Origin: Eledone cirrhosa
Taxonomy: Eukaryota
Direction of reading: 5' to 3'
Assembly (NCBI GenBank): GCA_964016885.1
Contig: OZ024741.1
Span: 376,526,001-376,590,000, forward strand
DNA length: 64,000 bases
A program made the translations under genes and the position numbers. Positions within the stretch are counted from its first letter, which is position 1; every line of letters starts with the position of its first letter. Positions 15,740 to 29,516 of the stretch are shown here, piece after piece. The notes beneath the pieces are model-generated. The model searched no databases, had not been told where the DNA came from, and saw nothing but the letters and a program-made list of their open reading frames with translations.

Positions 15740-18700
15740 AACAAAAAAGAAAACCGCGGATCAAGAAATACCGGGATGGCGGCCGGCGGGGAATAGCCGT
15801 ATCTCTAGGTGAGGACGACCCCTCTAGTCTTGGTTGACACTCGTCCTAGAAGTGGTAACACGAAATGATTACCCCTTGGCGGAAAAGGATAAAACGCGAC
15901 AAAATAAAGTAAATGTCAAATAATAAAATCTCATACCGGATCGGCCGTCACCCGGGTAAAAAAGGGCCGCGTCCCTCAGAGAGGAACCAGACTGGGGTCG
16001 AAAAATCAGCTAATGGTTCAAACCTTCCCATAACTTCGGAGCTGGAGACCTCCCATAACCGGAATACTCCTACTGTTGGCCCTACATGCTGACCACCAAG
16101 AAATCCCCCCCCAAAAGAGAGAAAAATGGTCAAGGGAAGATAATAAAGAACTCCTTGAGGCTTTCTACACTGCCATGTACTACCCATCAAATACATCGAA
16201 TACAGAACAGGCATATATCAACTGGAAAAAGAAACATCCAGAAAACAGAGGCTATATTGACAGTAACAAACTAGCAAATATACGAAGAAATATTGTTAAA
16301 AAAACTGATATAGAAATTGATCAGATCAAGCTATTAGCACAAAGTCAGCGAAGGGAAAATGAAACATGTGTCAGTGAAAACGAGGTAAATTGTAACACTT
16401 CGTATCCCAGGGTTGGGGCGGAATCACTGACAACAGAACAAATTAAAGAAAGGAACGAAAAAGTGGAGGGAGTGCATGCTCATGATGAAACTCAAAATGA
16501 AAACGATTAGATGGTAAATGATAAAGAAATGAATGAGAGTGAACTTGCCAACTTGAATGATGAAATTATGATCGAATGGATGAACATGAAAGAATCTGAC
16601 ATGGGGGACGAGACACTCTCCCTAAGATCCAGAACTCCAAACAGAACCAAAAGATAATACACAAGACTAACATAATTCTCAAAAACATTATCATCACAAA
16701 CAAACTAAACATTACTGATTTAAATCATTTCTATTATGCATCGGCTAAAATCACTCACTTATGTGGAGTGAAAATGACAAAACAAAGGAATTCCCACAAG
16801 AAATCTACTTGACAAGAGAACATCAAATAAAACTTCTCCGATCTGACATAGACATTTTAACAAACTACAAAGTAGGTGAACATGTTAAACAAACTAAACT
16901 TAGAAAATTGAAAAGGAAATACAGTATAAAATCAACAAGTGACATAGACATGCTGATAAAAATAATCAAGTAAAAAGTGTCGGCCAAAGCTGCTCGTATA
17001 AGGTGCTTTGAAGAACGATCTAGATTCTATAAGGACAATAATATGTTCAAAAACAACCAAAGAAACATCTACAGAAAAATTGGCAAGTCAACAATAACTG
17101 CTAAATCAATACCACCCAAGGAGGAAGTGCAAGAATTCTGGGAAAAGATCTGGGCCGAAGAAAAAGTTCATAATATACATGCCCCATGGATAGGCAGACA
17201 AATGAAAGATACAGCTCACCTTGAGGAACAAAGATAGGAAAATATAACAGTTGAACAGTTGAGTTTGGCTCTTAGAAAAACCAGCAAATGGAAATACCCA
17301 GGAAAGACAAAATACCAAATTTTTGCATAAATGCCTTCATAGAGTCTTATAAGCTCTTAGCCCAACTTTACAATGAAATAGTTAAGGAGCCAGAAACGAT
17401 ACCATCATGGCTAGTTAACGGTATTACATTCCTGCTTCCGAAGAATGATGAGACAAACAATCCCAAAAATTACTGACCGTTAACTTGCTTGAACACAATG
17501 TATAAAATGTTAACATCAGTCCTAAATGAATATACATATGACCACCTGATAACAAATGATCTATTTCCCAATGAGCAGAAAGGGAGTAAACGAGGCTCAT
17601 ATGGCTCTAAGGATCAGCTTTTGGTTAAGAAAACGATACTGGAAGATTGTCATAATACACACAAAAATCTATCAATTGCTTGGATAGATTATAAAAAAGC
17701 ATTCGATAGTTTGCCACACAGTTGGATTGAAAAATGTTTAGAGATTTTCAAAATATCTCCCGTTCCTGTCATTCAGTATGAAGACATGGAAAACGACACT
17801 CCTTTTGAATAGTGGAAAAAAATCACTGGAAGCTGGAGAAGTTAATATTAATTGCGGAATTTTTCAAGGTGACTCTTTATCACCGCTTTTATTCTGCATC
17901 GCACTTATACCATTAAGTAAAATGCCCAATGAAACAAAACATGGATATAAAGTCTATGACAAAACCATTAATCACTTGTTCTACATGGATGACCTGAAAC
18001 TATTTGCAAAAAATGATGAACAATTGCAAGGGCTATTATCCAATGTTGAGCCGTTCAGTGAAGACATTCAAATGGAGTTTGGACTAGATAAATGCGCCAA
18101 AGCAACGTTCACCAGAGGAAAGCTGCTGAAAAGTTCAGACATTAATCTTGATCGGGGGAACGTGATAAGAGAACTTGACCAAGAGGAAACTTACAAATAT
18201 CTAGGTGTTTCTGAAGGAGACGGAATCAAGCACTCGACAATGAGGGAAAGGATAAGGAAGGAATGTTACCGCAGAGTCAGAGCAATCTTAAGAACGGAAT
18301 TGAATGCAAGGAATAGGATCGATGCCATAAACACGCTTGCCATACCAGTAGTAACCTACAGTTACAATGTCATCAACTGGTCAAGCACTGAAATCCCTAG
18401 GCTCGATACAAAAATTCGAAAATTCTTAACCATGCACAGAATGCATCACCCTAAGGCAGATACAGATAGAATATATCTCCCTAGGAAAGAAGGAGGACGT
18501 GGGTTAATCCAGTTAGATATTGCTTTGAAAACTGCAAGAATTGGATTATCTACATATCTAAGGGAATCACATGATTGGATGATCAAACTCGTTTTGAAAC
18601 ACGAAAGCATCAACAGATCATACTCCATTACAAAAGACGCACAAAGATACAGTAATGGACTACAAATTTCAGAAGTCCCATTTACTGCTGAAATGGAAAA

Positions 18701-19690
18701 CACAGAAAAAGCAAAACGGGTAAAAGTAACTGCAAAGAAAGAACTGCTACAGAAACTGGCTAAGAAATGGCAACAAAAGCCTCTGCATGGAAAATACCCA
18801 GAAAGAGATAACAATCCTGATGTTGACAAATCTTTAACCCATCAGTGGTTGGCCTCCTCTGGACTGAAATCGGACACTGAAGGACTGATTTTATCCGCAC
18901 AAGATCAGTGTCTGCCAACAAAAATTACCAAGCCAACATAATAAAAAAAATGGATGCAACCCATTGTGCCGTGTATATAAAAAAAATACAGAGACCATTG
19001 ATCATATAATTTCAATGTGCAGTCCTATAGCTCCAACCGAATACCTAAACAGGCATGACAGAGCTGCACGATACATACATTGGATAATGTGTAAGCATTT
19101 TGACCTGCCCCATCAAAAGAATTGGTGGGAGCATCAACCACCTCCCATACTTGAAAAAGATCACATCTCAATCTTGTGGAACTTTAGCATCCAAACAGAC
19201 CGAAGAATAGATGCAAATAGACCTGATATAATACTGAAGGACTTTAAAAAGAGGGTATGCCTGCTAATTGATATGTCTGTTCCAATAGACAAGAATGTAT
19301 TTCTAAAAATAGTTGAAAAATTGAGCAAGTATAAGGATCTGGAGATAGAAATTGGGAAAATGTGGAAATTGAGAACTAAAACAATATTAGTGGTTGTAGG
19401 CGCTCTAGCAATGATACCTAAGGGGTCTAATTATTACGTATCACATATCTCAGGAAACCCGAGTATAGGAGAAATAGAAAAGTTAGTACTAATGGGATCT
19501 TCCCATATACTAAGGAAGATTCTGTCAATATAAGTACATCACAAGTCTAAACACCTAAAGATGCATGTGTGATTATGTATGTTCTTTCTTGAACATGGCG
19601 GAGCTTGTTGTCTCTTGAGGTCACTGGTTGTGACTTGGTGATAACTCGTATGAACATAAAGCAAGATAAATGCAACTATAATAATAATAA
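15740..19690 (+). mobile_element. R4/Dong-type non-LTR retrotransposon (RT + zinc knuckle + REL endonuclease), near full length, decayed
   Basis: WIDYKKAFDS, GIFQGDSLSPLLF, HLFYMDDLKL, RIYLPRKEGGRGL, ETIDHIISMC, RHD, RPDIILKD..LLID; ends in (TAA)n. Confidence 0.9.
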
Positions 19691-19760
19691 TTGTTTCTAC
19701 TTTTGGCACAAGGCCAGCAATCACTCAGTGTATTACTGGTACTTTATTTTATCGACCCCG
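19687..19760 (-). mobile_element. SINE 3' fragment
   Basis: ttgtttctacttttggcacaaggccagcaat...actggtactttattttatcgacccc is the reverse complement of the SINE tail at 2590-2663. Confidence 0.75.
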
Positions 19761-19865
19761 AATAATAATAATACGGTTACTGACAATAATAGTAGTGCTG
19801 GTAGTAGTCATAGTTGTACAGGTGAGTAGATAGATGCGTAAAATAGCAATGACAATAACAATAAT

Positions 19866-20087
19866 AATAATTGTTTCTCATATAGGCACAAGGCCAGCAA
19901 TTTAGGAGGAGGGGAAACTCGATTAAATGGACCTCAGTGTGTGACTGGTACTTTGTTTCATCTACCCCGTGAGGATGAAAGGCAAAGTTAACCTCAGCGG
20001 TAATTGAACTCAGATCATAATGGGGCCCTAACTCTATGCTGCAAAGCATGGCGTCCGACGCTCTACCAATACTGCCATTCCACCGCC
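19866..20087 (-). mobile_element. tRNA-derived SINE, full length
   Basis: Reverse complement of the 2478 family with an (ATT)n tail. Confidence 0.85.
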
Positions 20088-20432
20088 CTCAATAATAATA
20101 ATACCATGAAAATAAACTTTGGGAAGATGCGATATGATAGGCGAATTACTGTTTCTTTGTATTTGTGTATATATTCATATATACATATATATTAGTACAT
20201 TTTCGCTCTAATCAGATTAGAGCAAAAATCATGAGCACTCTATCTCAAAATTATTTTTGCATAAGAAATGCGCAACCGGTAAAAACTTAAAACTAAAACT
20301 GAATACTAACTAACACTTATTACTAATTTATACTTATTCCTAATTAAACTATTTTCACTGGGAAAAATTTGTCAGCATTTTCTTTTCATTTTTACTAATA
20401 TATCACAACTCGTGTGCTACACCTCTATTTTT

Positions 20433-20496
<64 letters not shown>

Positions 20497-20666
20497 AAAT
20501 TAGTATATTTAACAACATATGCGTACATATGTACACTAATGCTAGCAAATACATAAGTTATGTTATAGTACCTAGGTGGTTCTATGCATGGGGATGCATA
20601 ACAATTATATGAAAGACGTAAAATAAGAAAATTTTAAAAATTAAAAATTAACTTACTAAAATTTTC

Positions 20667-20748
20667 ACTCCAACTAATAAGTTTCTGTAATGGGATAAAT
20701 ATAGTTACGCAATGTAACTATCGAGAATTCATTACGTCATCTGGGAGT
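20667..20748 (-). ncRNA. Hammerhead copy with mutated core (CAGAUGA)
   Basis: Inverted copy of 21349-21430. Confidence 0.65.
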
Positions 20749-21348
20749 CTATTCTCAGCTAAGTTCCCAGGCGATGCGCGGACACTAGGAACTCATATAA
20801 AAATAATAATTTAGTGGATGGAACAGCTAGCGGGGACTGAATTCCATAGCACTGAAAAAGTTCACTGTCTCTGGTCAAGTGGCAGATCCTAAAGAATCAA
20901 TCACGTGACACTGAGGCTAGTCAGTAGGAGTGGGGTGGTATTTACGTCTTTAATATAATTGTTCTGCACCCCCCTGCATAGAACCACCTAGGTACTATGA
21001 CATAACTTATGTATTTGCTAGCATTAGTGTACATCTGTACGCATATATTGGTAAATATACTAATTCTTTATATTTAACTCCAAATTATTTATTTGTTGAG
21101 CAAACTTGCCAAATCCACTGCTAATTTATTGTAGTGGTAGTAGGCTCTTGTCATAATACCACCCCACTCCTACTGACTAGCCTCAGTGTCACGTGATTGA
21201 TTCTTTAGAATCTGCCACTTGACCAGAGACAGTGAACTTTTTCAGTGCTATGGAATTCAGTCCCCGCTAGCTGTTCCATCCACTGAATTATTATTTTTAT
21301 ATGAGTTCCTAGTGTCCGCGCATCGCCTGGTAACTTAGCTGAGAATAG

Positions 21349-21430
21349 ACTCCCTGATGACGTAATGAATTCTCAATAGTTACATTGCGTAACTATATTT
21401 ATCCCATTACAGAAACTAATTAGTTGGAGT
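21349..21430 (+). ncRNA. Type I hammerhead ribozyme with enlarged stem II
   Basis: actcc-CTGATGA-c-gtaatg...cattac-a-GAAA-ctaattag-tt-ggagt; palindromic stem III actaattagt, GUU site. Confidence 0.85.
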
Positions 21431-21488
21431 GAAAATTTTAGTAAGTTAATTTTTAATTTTTAAAATTTTCTTATTTTACGTCTTTCAC

Positions 21489-21582
<94 letters not shown>

Positions 21583-22921
21583 GAGGTGTAGCACACGAGT
21601 TGTGATATATTAGTAAAAATGAAAAGAAAATGCTGACAAATTTTTCCCAGTGAAAATAGTTTAATTAGGAATAAGTATAAATTAGTAATAAGTATTAGTT
21701 AGTATTCAGTTTTAGTTTTAAGTTTTTACCGGTTGCGCATTTCTTATGCAAAAATAATTTTGAGATAGAGTGCCCATGATTTTTGCTCTAATCTGATTAG
21801 AGCGAAAATGTACTAATATATATAATTCATAAATATATGGCTGGGGTACTTATGGTGTGCGTATGTGTGTATAAATGTAGTAGAAACAGCGGGCTGGCGA
21901 ATCCTATGCTATAACGAATATGATTTGTATCATTTACTTTTAGTTCTTAGCTAAGTAACCTTTTACGTCTTTTGCTTTAAATTGTATGGACCGTTTTTAA
22001 ACGAAATACAAGGCATTAACATAGGTCAATTTCATTGTTTCAAACTTCTCGAAGTAATGAGATGCTTTACTATATTGTCAGAAATACATATTCTCAGAAG
22101 AGCATAACGCTACTTTAGGTAAAGGTTACAGAAAATTATTTACGATTTCATTGCAAGTTTTGTCGTAACTTATGTTAGATAATACCAACAATGAATAAAA
22201 TGTTTGCCAGAACGATAGGGAAACATATATAAGATGGTCCTGAATTATGAGCCACATATCTTCTAGCATGAGAGCGGGAAGTAGAAGATCTGATCACAAA
22301 GGGTGTAAGAATAATCTAACTCCGTTGGCGTATACAGGTGGGAAGACAATAATAAATTATATATAGAAAATAATGTCTCACGGAATTTATCTTTTTGGTA
22401 TTATATGTCTTATTCATATGCTCAGTCAAAGAAGTTTTCTCTTAAAATCTGCAAAATGTACCTTTAACTTTTATTCCCTTTCTTTTTTAGAAGTTATATA
22501 GCTACCTTGAGTGTTCAGGGACAGACACTTTTAGTTGAATTACTCAGAAGACAAACGAAGGACGTATTCGATTTTGTCACGCATTATATTATTCAAACAA
22601 ATTAAGGCAAGACCATAAAAGTAGATTTCCAGAACTATAAGGAATATAAATTAGATGTCACTGTCTAAATAACTGGTGTATCGATTTCAGTATCATTTTG
22701 AAACCATGGAAGTTCATTTATGAAGATCAATATAATAACCACTTCAGAGTTTGTAGGACTGGATTCCTTTACAGGAAATAGCAACCGACAATCGAAATGG
22801 AAGCCCGGAAATATTTTGCACACTGAAAATTTAGAAGAGCTCAGATAATTAAAATGAATTATTTACCACGACGCGCCAATTAATCCTCTGCCAAGTATAT
22901 ACTTCTCTCACTTCTCCTCTT

Positions 22922-24330
<1,409 letters not shown>

Positions 24331-24343
24331 TATACACCCGTGT

Positions 24344-24448
<105 letters not shown>

Positions 24449-24454
24449 CGCGCG

Positions 24455-24501
<47 letters not shown>

Positions 24502-24505
<4 letters not shown>

Positions 24506-24845
24506 TATAAACGTTTGAATATGTGTAATAAAGCCAAAACAATGCAGGTATGGACATAGAAAAAAGATTTAGAGGGAAATAAAGGTCTCAAACCAACGTT
24601 CTAAATATCTTGGCAAGATATTTAGAACGCTGGTTTGAGACGTTTATTTCCCCCTGAAGAAGAGATATTATCTCGAAAATTAAGGACATTTAAATAAATC
24701 TAAGGTAAAGGACGAATTGTCAACAATATCTTTTACAATTGCATTCTTTTTTCTATGTCCATACCTGCATTGTTTTGGCTTTATTACACATATTCAAACG
24801 TTTATACCTCATTACACAATGCTTCAATTGAACTATAACCTCCTC

Positions 24846-24848
<3 letters not shown>
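24502..24848. repeat. Small fold-back element with HHR-like motif (24648-24690)
   Basis: Hairpin centred at ~24612; CTGAAGA-a-gagat-att-atctc-GAAA-at-ta, AATAAA downstream; flanked by (TA)n. Confidence 0.7.
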
Positions 24849-24890
<42 letters not shown>

Positions 24891-24900
24891 AGCGAGTAGG

Positions 24901-24995
24901 ACCCCGACGGCTGAGCTCAAGCCGTTTCGACGGCTAATTCTGGACTAAATGAAATTTTTATCCTGGTATATGAATAGCCGAGCTTCTCAGGGGGT
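24901..24995 (-). ncRNA. Hammerhead with variant CUGAGAA core
   Basis: acccc-ctgagaa...cggcta/tagccg...GAAA-cggct-tgagctc-agccg-tc-ggggt; GUC site. Confidence 0.7.
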
Positions 24996-27965
24996 AATTC
25001 CATATATGGTAAAAGTGATTGTCACAAGGATTGGTCAAAGGTTTGTTGTTGAGACACATAATTCTATCATGGCAATTTGTGGAAGGAATGTGTAGCTGAA
25101 CCTGCCAGTAGAAGAAAGAGGGAGAGGGGGTGGAGGAAACCCAGTCGTGCGTTGATAGTGCCTACTACAGCAGGGCAGGAGGTCAAGGACGCAAACTAGG
25201 GAGGGGGAGGGGGAGGAAGTCGAAACAATAAGTAAAACAATATGGGGTAAATATATAGAAAAATACCGAGAATGTTAAAAAAACAATTAAATATAAAAAA
25301 AATAAAACAATTTCTGGTTACAATTCCCTAAGGACAGCCATCAAGTCTCTCACTGGTACTGCTAGACTATAGAAAGGTTTACTAGGTTGGACGGAATTAT
25401 AATGAAACCCTTTTAAGAGGTAGTAGTAATCAACCGAGAATATCTTACGGTGACGAGTCAACAAGTGGGGGGCCAAAATACTAAAGAAACTACCACGAAA
25501 TAACAATTCAAAGTCCCGAGACTAATACGAAATAAGTGTTTCTACCCTAGGCACAAGGCCAGCAACCACCCAGTGCAAACAATAAACTAATACGAAATAA
25601 TAATTCAGAATCCCGAAAAAGAATACTAATACTATCTCTACGGGTGCCGCTACGATACAAAAATTCTAGTGCAAACTACATAAATGCTCGTACGAAGTGT
25701 ATGAAAAATTTGATACGGAAAATTTATTCAGAATCCCCCCCCCCCCACCCCCCACCCCCAAAATACTGATATACGAGAAATTAAAGCAAACATACCACTA
25801 AGAAATGTAGAAAACACGGAAAAGGGGCAGCCATCGGATAATAAAGCAAGTATCCGGGGTCTATCACATCTCCTATAAAAAGCAGAGTCAGCCAATTCTA
25901 TCAAAGAATAGGTGAAGGGGGTGGGGGTACTGAGGCTACAAAGGACCGAGGGGCTGCCTGGGTGGGCGAGAAAGTGAAAAGCACGACGACAAAGAAAGAG
26001 GACTGGGGTGGAAGGACTAGGAAGGGATGGGGGAAGAAGGAAATATAGAGGAAGCGATAAAAAGATATAAAAGAAGATCTTACGTCTACCTTTGTAAGCA
26101 TGGGTTACCCATTACAAAGTCGGCAAGTGGGGTGTTACAGCTCTTGTCTACCCCCCCCCCGGGTCATCATGGGCTTTGAGAGCGAAGTAAGTCCTACGCA
26201 ATCTGGGTTTGCATGCAGTTACCAGTTCATCTCTCTTGTTTAGGAGTTGGTCCGACGAAAACAGCATTTGTAAAGTTTCCTCCGAGCATAAATTGCACGG
26301 ACGGCGTCCTCCCGTTTAAGAGTTGGCTCTGGACAGTAAGCTTCAAGGGAGATCATAGGTAATATTGTTATCCTTGAGGTCCCAGATGTGGCCCGAAAGT
26401 GTGGTGGCGTGACGCCGGGCCGGGTTTCGGAAGGTATGTCTGTCTTGGTATAGCCGGGTCTTGAAGTCACATGCGGTTAATCCTATATAAGCTTTGTTGG
26501 AGTTGTCCGTCCTCACGTTGGACTGGTCGATCACATTACGATCTCTGCATCTGTTGTCGAGGGGGAAAATGGATCAATCAGGACAGTTGCACCTCCTGGT
26601 CGGCTCTCCACTGCTATTTAGGTTATTTCTTCCATAGGGGTTGAGTTTTTTGTTGTTAGAGGAGACGATGTTTTGTGCAATGTTTGGTGTGGTGCTGTAG
26701 GAGAGTTTGATGGTATTTTTGTTAATTATGTTGTGGTAGCGGTGTTGTAGTGGGAAGTGTTTTTCAATGAGCCTAAAGAAGATTTTCCCGATAGGAGTTG
26801 TCACCTCTGCGTTGTGGGGAGGATTGAACCCTGTTACATTGCGTGAGCGGCGGTGTCGCCTGGTGGTTCCTCTATGGAAGCTGGACAGTATGATATTTCC
26901 TCCCGGAAACCGCTCCGCTTGAGGGCCTGGTTATAATAAGGCGCATGTTCGTCGAATATATGCTCATTAGCGGACAAACGAGATATGCGGACGGAGATGT
27001 TTTTAACCAGGTTATTGGTGATGTACCTAGGATGGCTTGACCGGCGGTCGATATAGTGCAGGTTGTCGTTGGGTTTCCTGTATGGTAGTACAGATCATTA
27101 TCGAGGTCAAGTGTAACGTCCAGGAAGGTGACTCGGGTCAGGGACGTTTGTAGGGTTATTTTAAATCCCCAGTCCCGGAACAAGCTGATTAATTGTTTAC
27201 GGACCCGGTCTGTACTACTGGGGTTGTACCCTTTAAGGGTAAGGAGCCCATCATGACGGTACAATCCACCGCCGAATGCAGGAAACATGTCGGTGCGTTT
27301 AGCTAGTAGGAATAATCCTATAAGATCTGTGACCTCAGCCGAATCCGTCGCGCCCATGCTGACGTCAAAGGGTGAGTCGGGAGCTCTCTTTATCCATTTG
27401 GAGTTGTCGAAGAGTAGGACTGTCTTCCTGGCTTGGAGGATGATGTTTCTTTCTTGGTCGGTGATGGGCGCAACTGTTTCGGCAAAGTCCAAGGCAGCCG
27501 TAAGTAGCGGTAAAGTAATTAAGCATAGTAACTCTCTATGTCAAACTGGATGAATTTGGTGTCTCGTTTGTCCTCCATATTGCTGAACCATGAGATTAAT
27601 TGCTGGGTGTTGAACCATAGGCTAAGTCTGGCGTGTTGCTTAACTTTTGATATAACGCGGTCTAGGATTGTTTTGCTGATTCTCCCTATGTTGGACTTCG
27701 TTTATAAGCCTGATAGAAGGGTTACGGTCGAAATCGGATTTGTGGTCCTTCAGTGTGAAGTAGGGTGTCTGTGGGTCTAGGGGTTCCGTGCGGTCGGCGA
27801 CCCCGAGGCTGGAGGTAATTTGTTGTCCATCTCGATTTATGTCCTTGATGCATGAGTGGTTAGCCTTTTTATAGGTGGAGTTTAGGCGGCTCCTGATCAG
27901 TGTGTGGTATCTGTCGGGGTTGTAGAAGTAGAGGTTACCAGTTTCATCCGAGTGCACCATGATAT

Positions 27966-28406
27966 TGTAGTGACCTACATTCCGCGGGCTCACATACATT
28001 CTCTGTGCGTGATTTGGCTCAGCTCAGCCAATCAGCGCCAGGGGAAGAGAATGTATCCCTACGCGTTCTGAGGAAGAAATAGCCCGGGACGATTTGAGAA
28101 ATCTCAGACTCGCAGCTTGACCATGCTAAAGTAAACACCACTTGTTCTTTTGCTACGTAAGCACAAACAATATGTAACGACAAAACATTACATACGGATC
28201 TGGCCAAACGCCTCAGCCAGTCGACCGTATTTTCTCTTGTAATCTTAGTTGATTTGTTTTATTTCTCTTGGCATGCCAGCTCAACGTTTGTTAATATATA
28301 ATGTAAAAACAATCTAAAGTCGTTGTCGATATTCCTATCATATCTTTCTACGAACCTGGTTCCTCGTAGAAACCTTACAACTCTCTAAACAATACTCTCT
28401 GCTAAA
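27966..28406. mobile_element. 441-bp insertion, probable solo LTR, with ATAT target-site duplication
   Basis: Starts tgtag, ends ctaaa (one change from ctaca); ATAT at 27962-27965 and 28407-28410; removal restores the PLE frame NTNDIMVHSDET. Confidence 0.7.
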
Positions 28407-29283
28407 ATATCATTGGTGTTATCATACTCTTTTAAGTTGCTACGGAGTTTTTGTAGGAATCGGTTGTCTCTGGGTTTGAATTTAATGTTCTTGACCAGTT
28501 GGAAAAGGTCATTCTCGAAGGGTGAGAGCATAGGGTTCGGAGGGGGACATTTGTAGGTATTAAATCCGAATCTCTCCTTGGTACCGAAGTCCTGATTGTC
28601 GCAATATCTGTCGTAGAAAAAAGTTCTCCATCTAAGTCTTTTCGCAAATACGTCGATTTTTTGCGTGAGCATCCGAAGGTAAAGTTTTTTCGGTGGAACT
28701 GGGATGTTCTTGGTAGAGAAGTCGATGTTGTGTTTTCGCATGGTGTGAGTGAAAGAACTTGAGCTTAGCGGAAAAGTCTGGATACGGCGTGGTAGTGTCG
28801 GAAAGTGCTCTACTACAGGAATAGGAGCTAGATAACTAAGGAAATGTGGTAAGGTACCAGGTGGACCATAACGCACCAAAGTACTCAATACTTAGGGTAG
28901 TAGAGTGGGTAATAGGAACGAGTGGGACCCCGACGGCTGAGCTGAAGCCGTTTCGACGGCTAATTCTGGACTAAATGAAATTTTTTATCCTGGTATTTAA
29001 TTGTTTCTTAACATTCTCGGTATTTTTCTATATATTTACCCCATATTGTTTTACTTATTGTTTCGACTTCCTCCCCCTTCCCCTCCCTAGTTTACTTGAC
29101 CTCCTGCTCTGCTGTAGTTGGCACTATCAACGCACGACAGGGATTCGTCCCCCCTCTCCCTCTCCCTCTACTGGCAGGTTCAGCTACCCATTCCTTCCAC
29201 AAATTGCCATGATAGAATTATGTGTCTCAACAACAAACTTTTGACCAATTCTTGTGACAATCACTTTTACCATATATGGAATT

Positions 29284-29379
29284 ATCCTCTGAGAAGCTCG
29301 GCTATTCATATACCAGGAGAAAAATTTTCATTTAGTCCAGAATTAACCGTCGAAACGGCTTGAGCTCAGCCGTCGGGGT
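29284..29379 (+). ncRNA. Hammerhead with variant CUGAGAA core (inverted pLTR copy)
   Basis: Same fold as 24901-24995. Confidence 0.7.
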
Positions 29380-29485
29380 CCTACTCGTTCCTATTACCCA
29401 CTCTACTACCCTAAGTATTGAGTACTTTGGTGCGTTATGGTCCACAGGTTCCTTACCACATTTCCTTCGTTATATATATATATAT

Positions 29486-29516
<31 letters not shown>

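Larger units (their letters stand above)
20187..21822. repeat. Composite palindrome: outer ~250-bp inverted arms (20187-20435 / 21577-21822) enclosing a ~534-bp HHR unit plus its inverted partial copy
   Basis: Arms are reverse complements; tttacgtcttt recurs at 20941 and 21475; 20497-20940 is an inverted partial copy of the unit. Confidence 0.88.
24889..29470 (-). mobile_element. Near full-length Penelope-like element (Naiad-like) with 3' pLTR, 5' partial pLTR and inverted pLTR copy
   Basis: ATG at 28741 MRKHNIDFSTKNIPVPPKKLYL..KRLRWR; FDVSMGATDSAEVTDLIGL, GLYRHDGL; CNCPD; KAYIGLTACDFKTRLYQDRH; 28997-29470 is an inverted copy of the pLTR region. Confidence 0.92.

Noticed and set aside
21625-21670. 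CUGACAA...GAAA in the outer-arm repeat
   Set aside because: Core mismatch and no convincing stem I
22490-22563. Candidate host exon after a pyrimidine tract and AG
   Set aside because: Weak donor, no homology or transcript evidence
26570-26580. In-frame TGA as selenocysteine (reported for some Naiad PLEs)
   Set aside because: The TGA aligns to Arg (CGA>TGA), not a conserved Cys; the stops checked in the 35781 copy are TAA
27966-28406. Intron within the PLE ORF
   Set aside because: The frame-restoring boundaries are not GT-AG; the TSD favours an insertion
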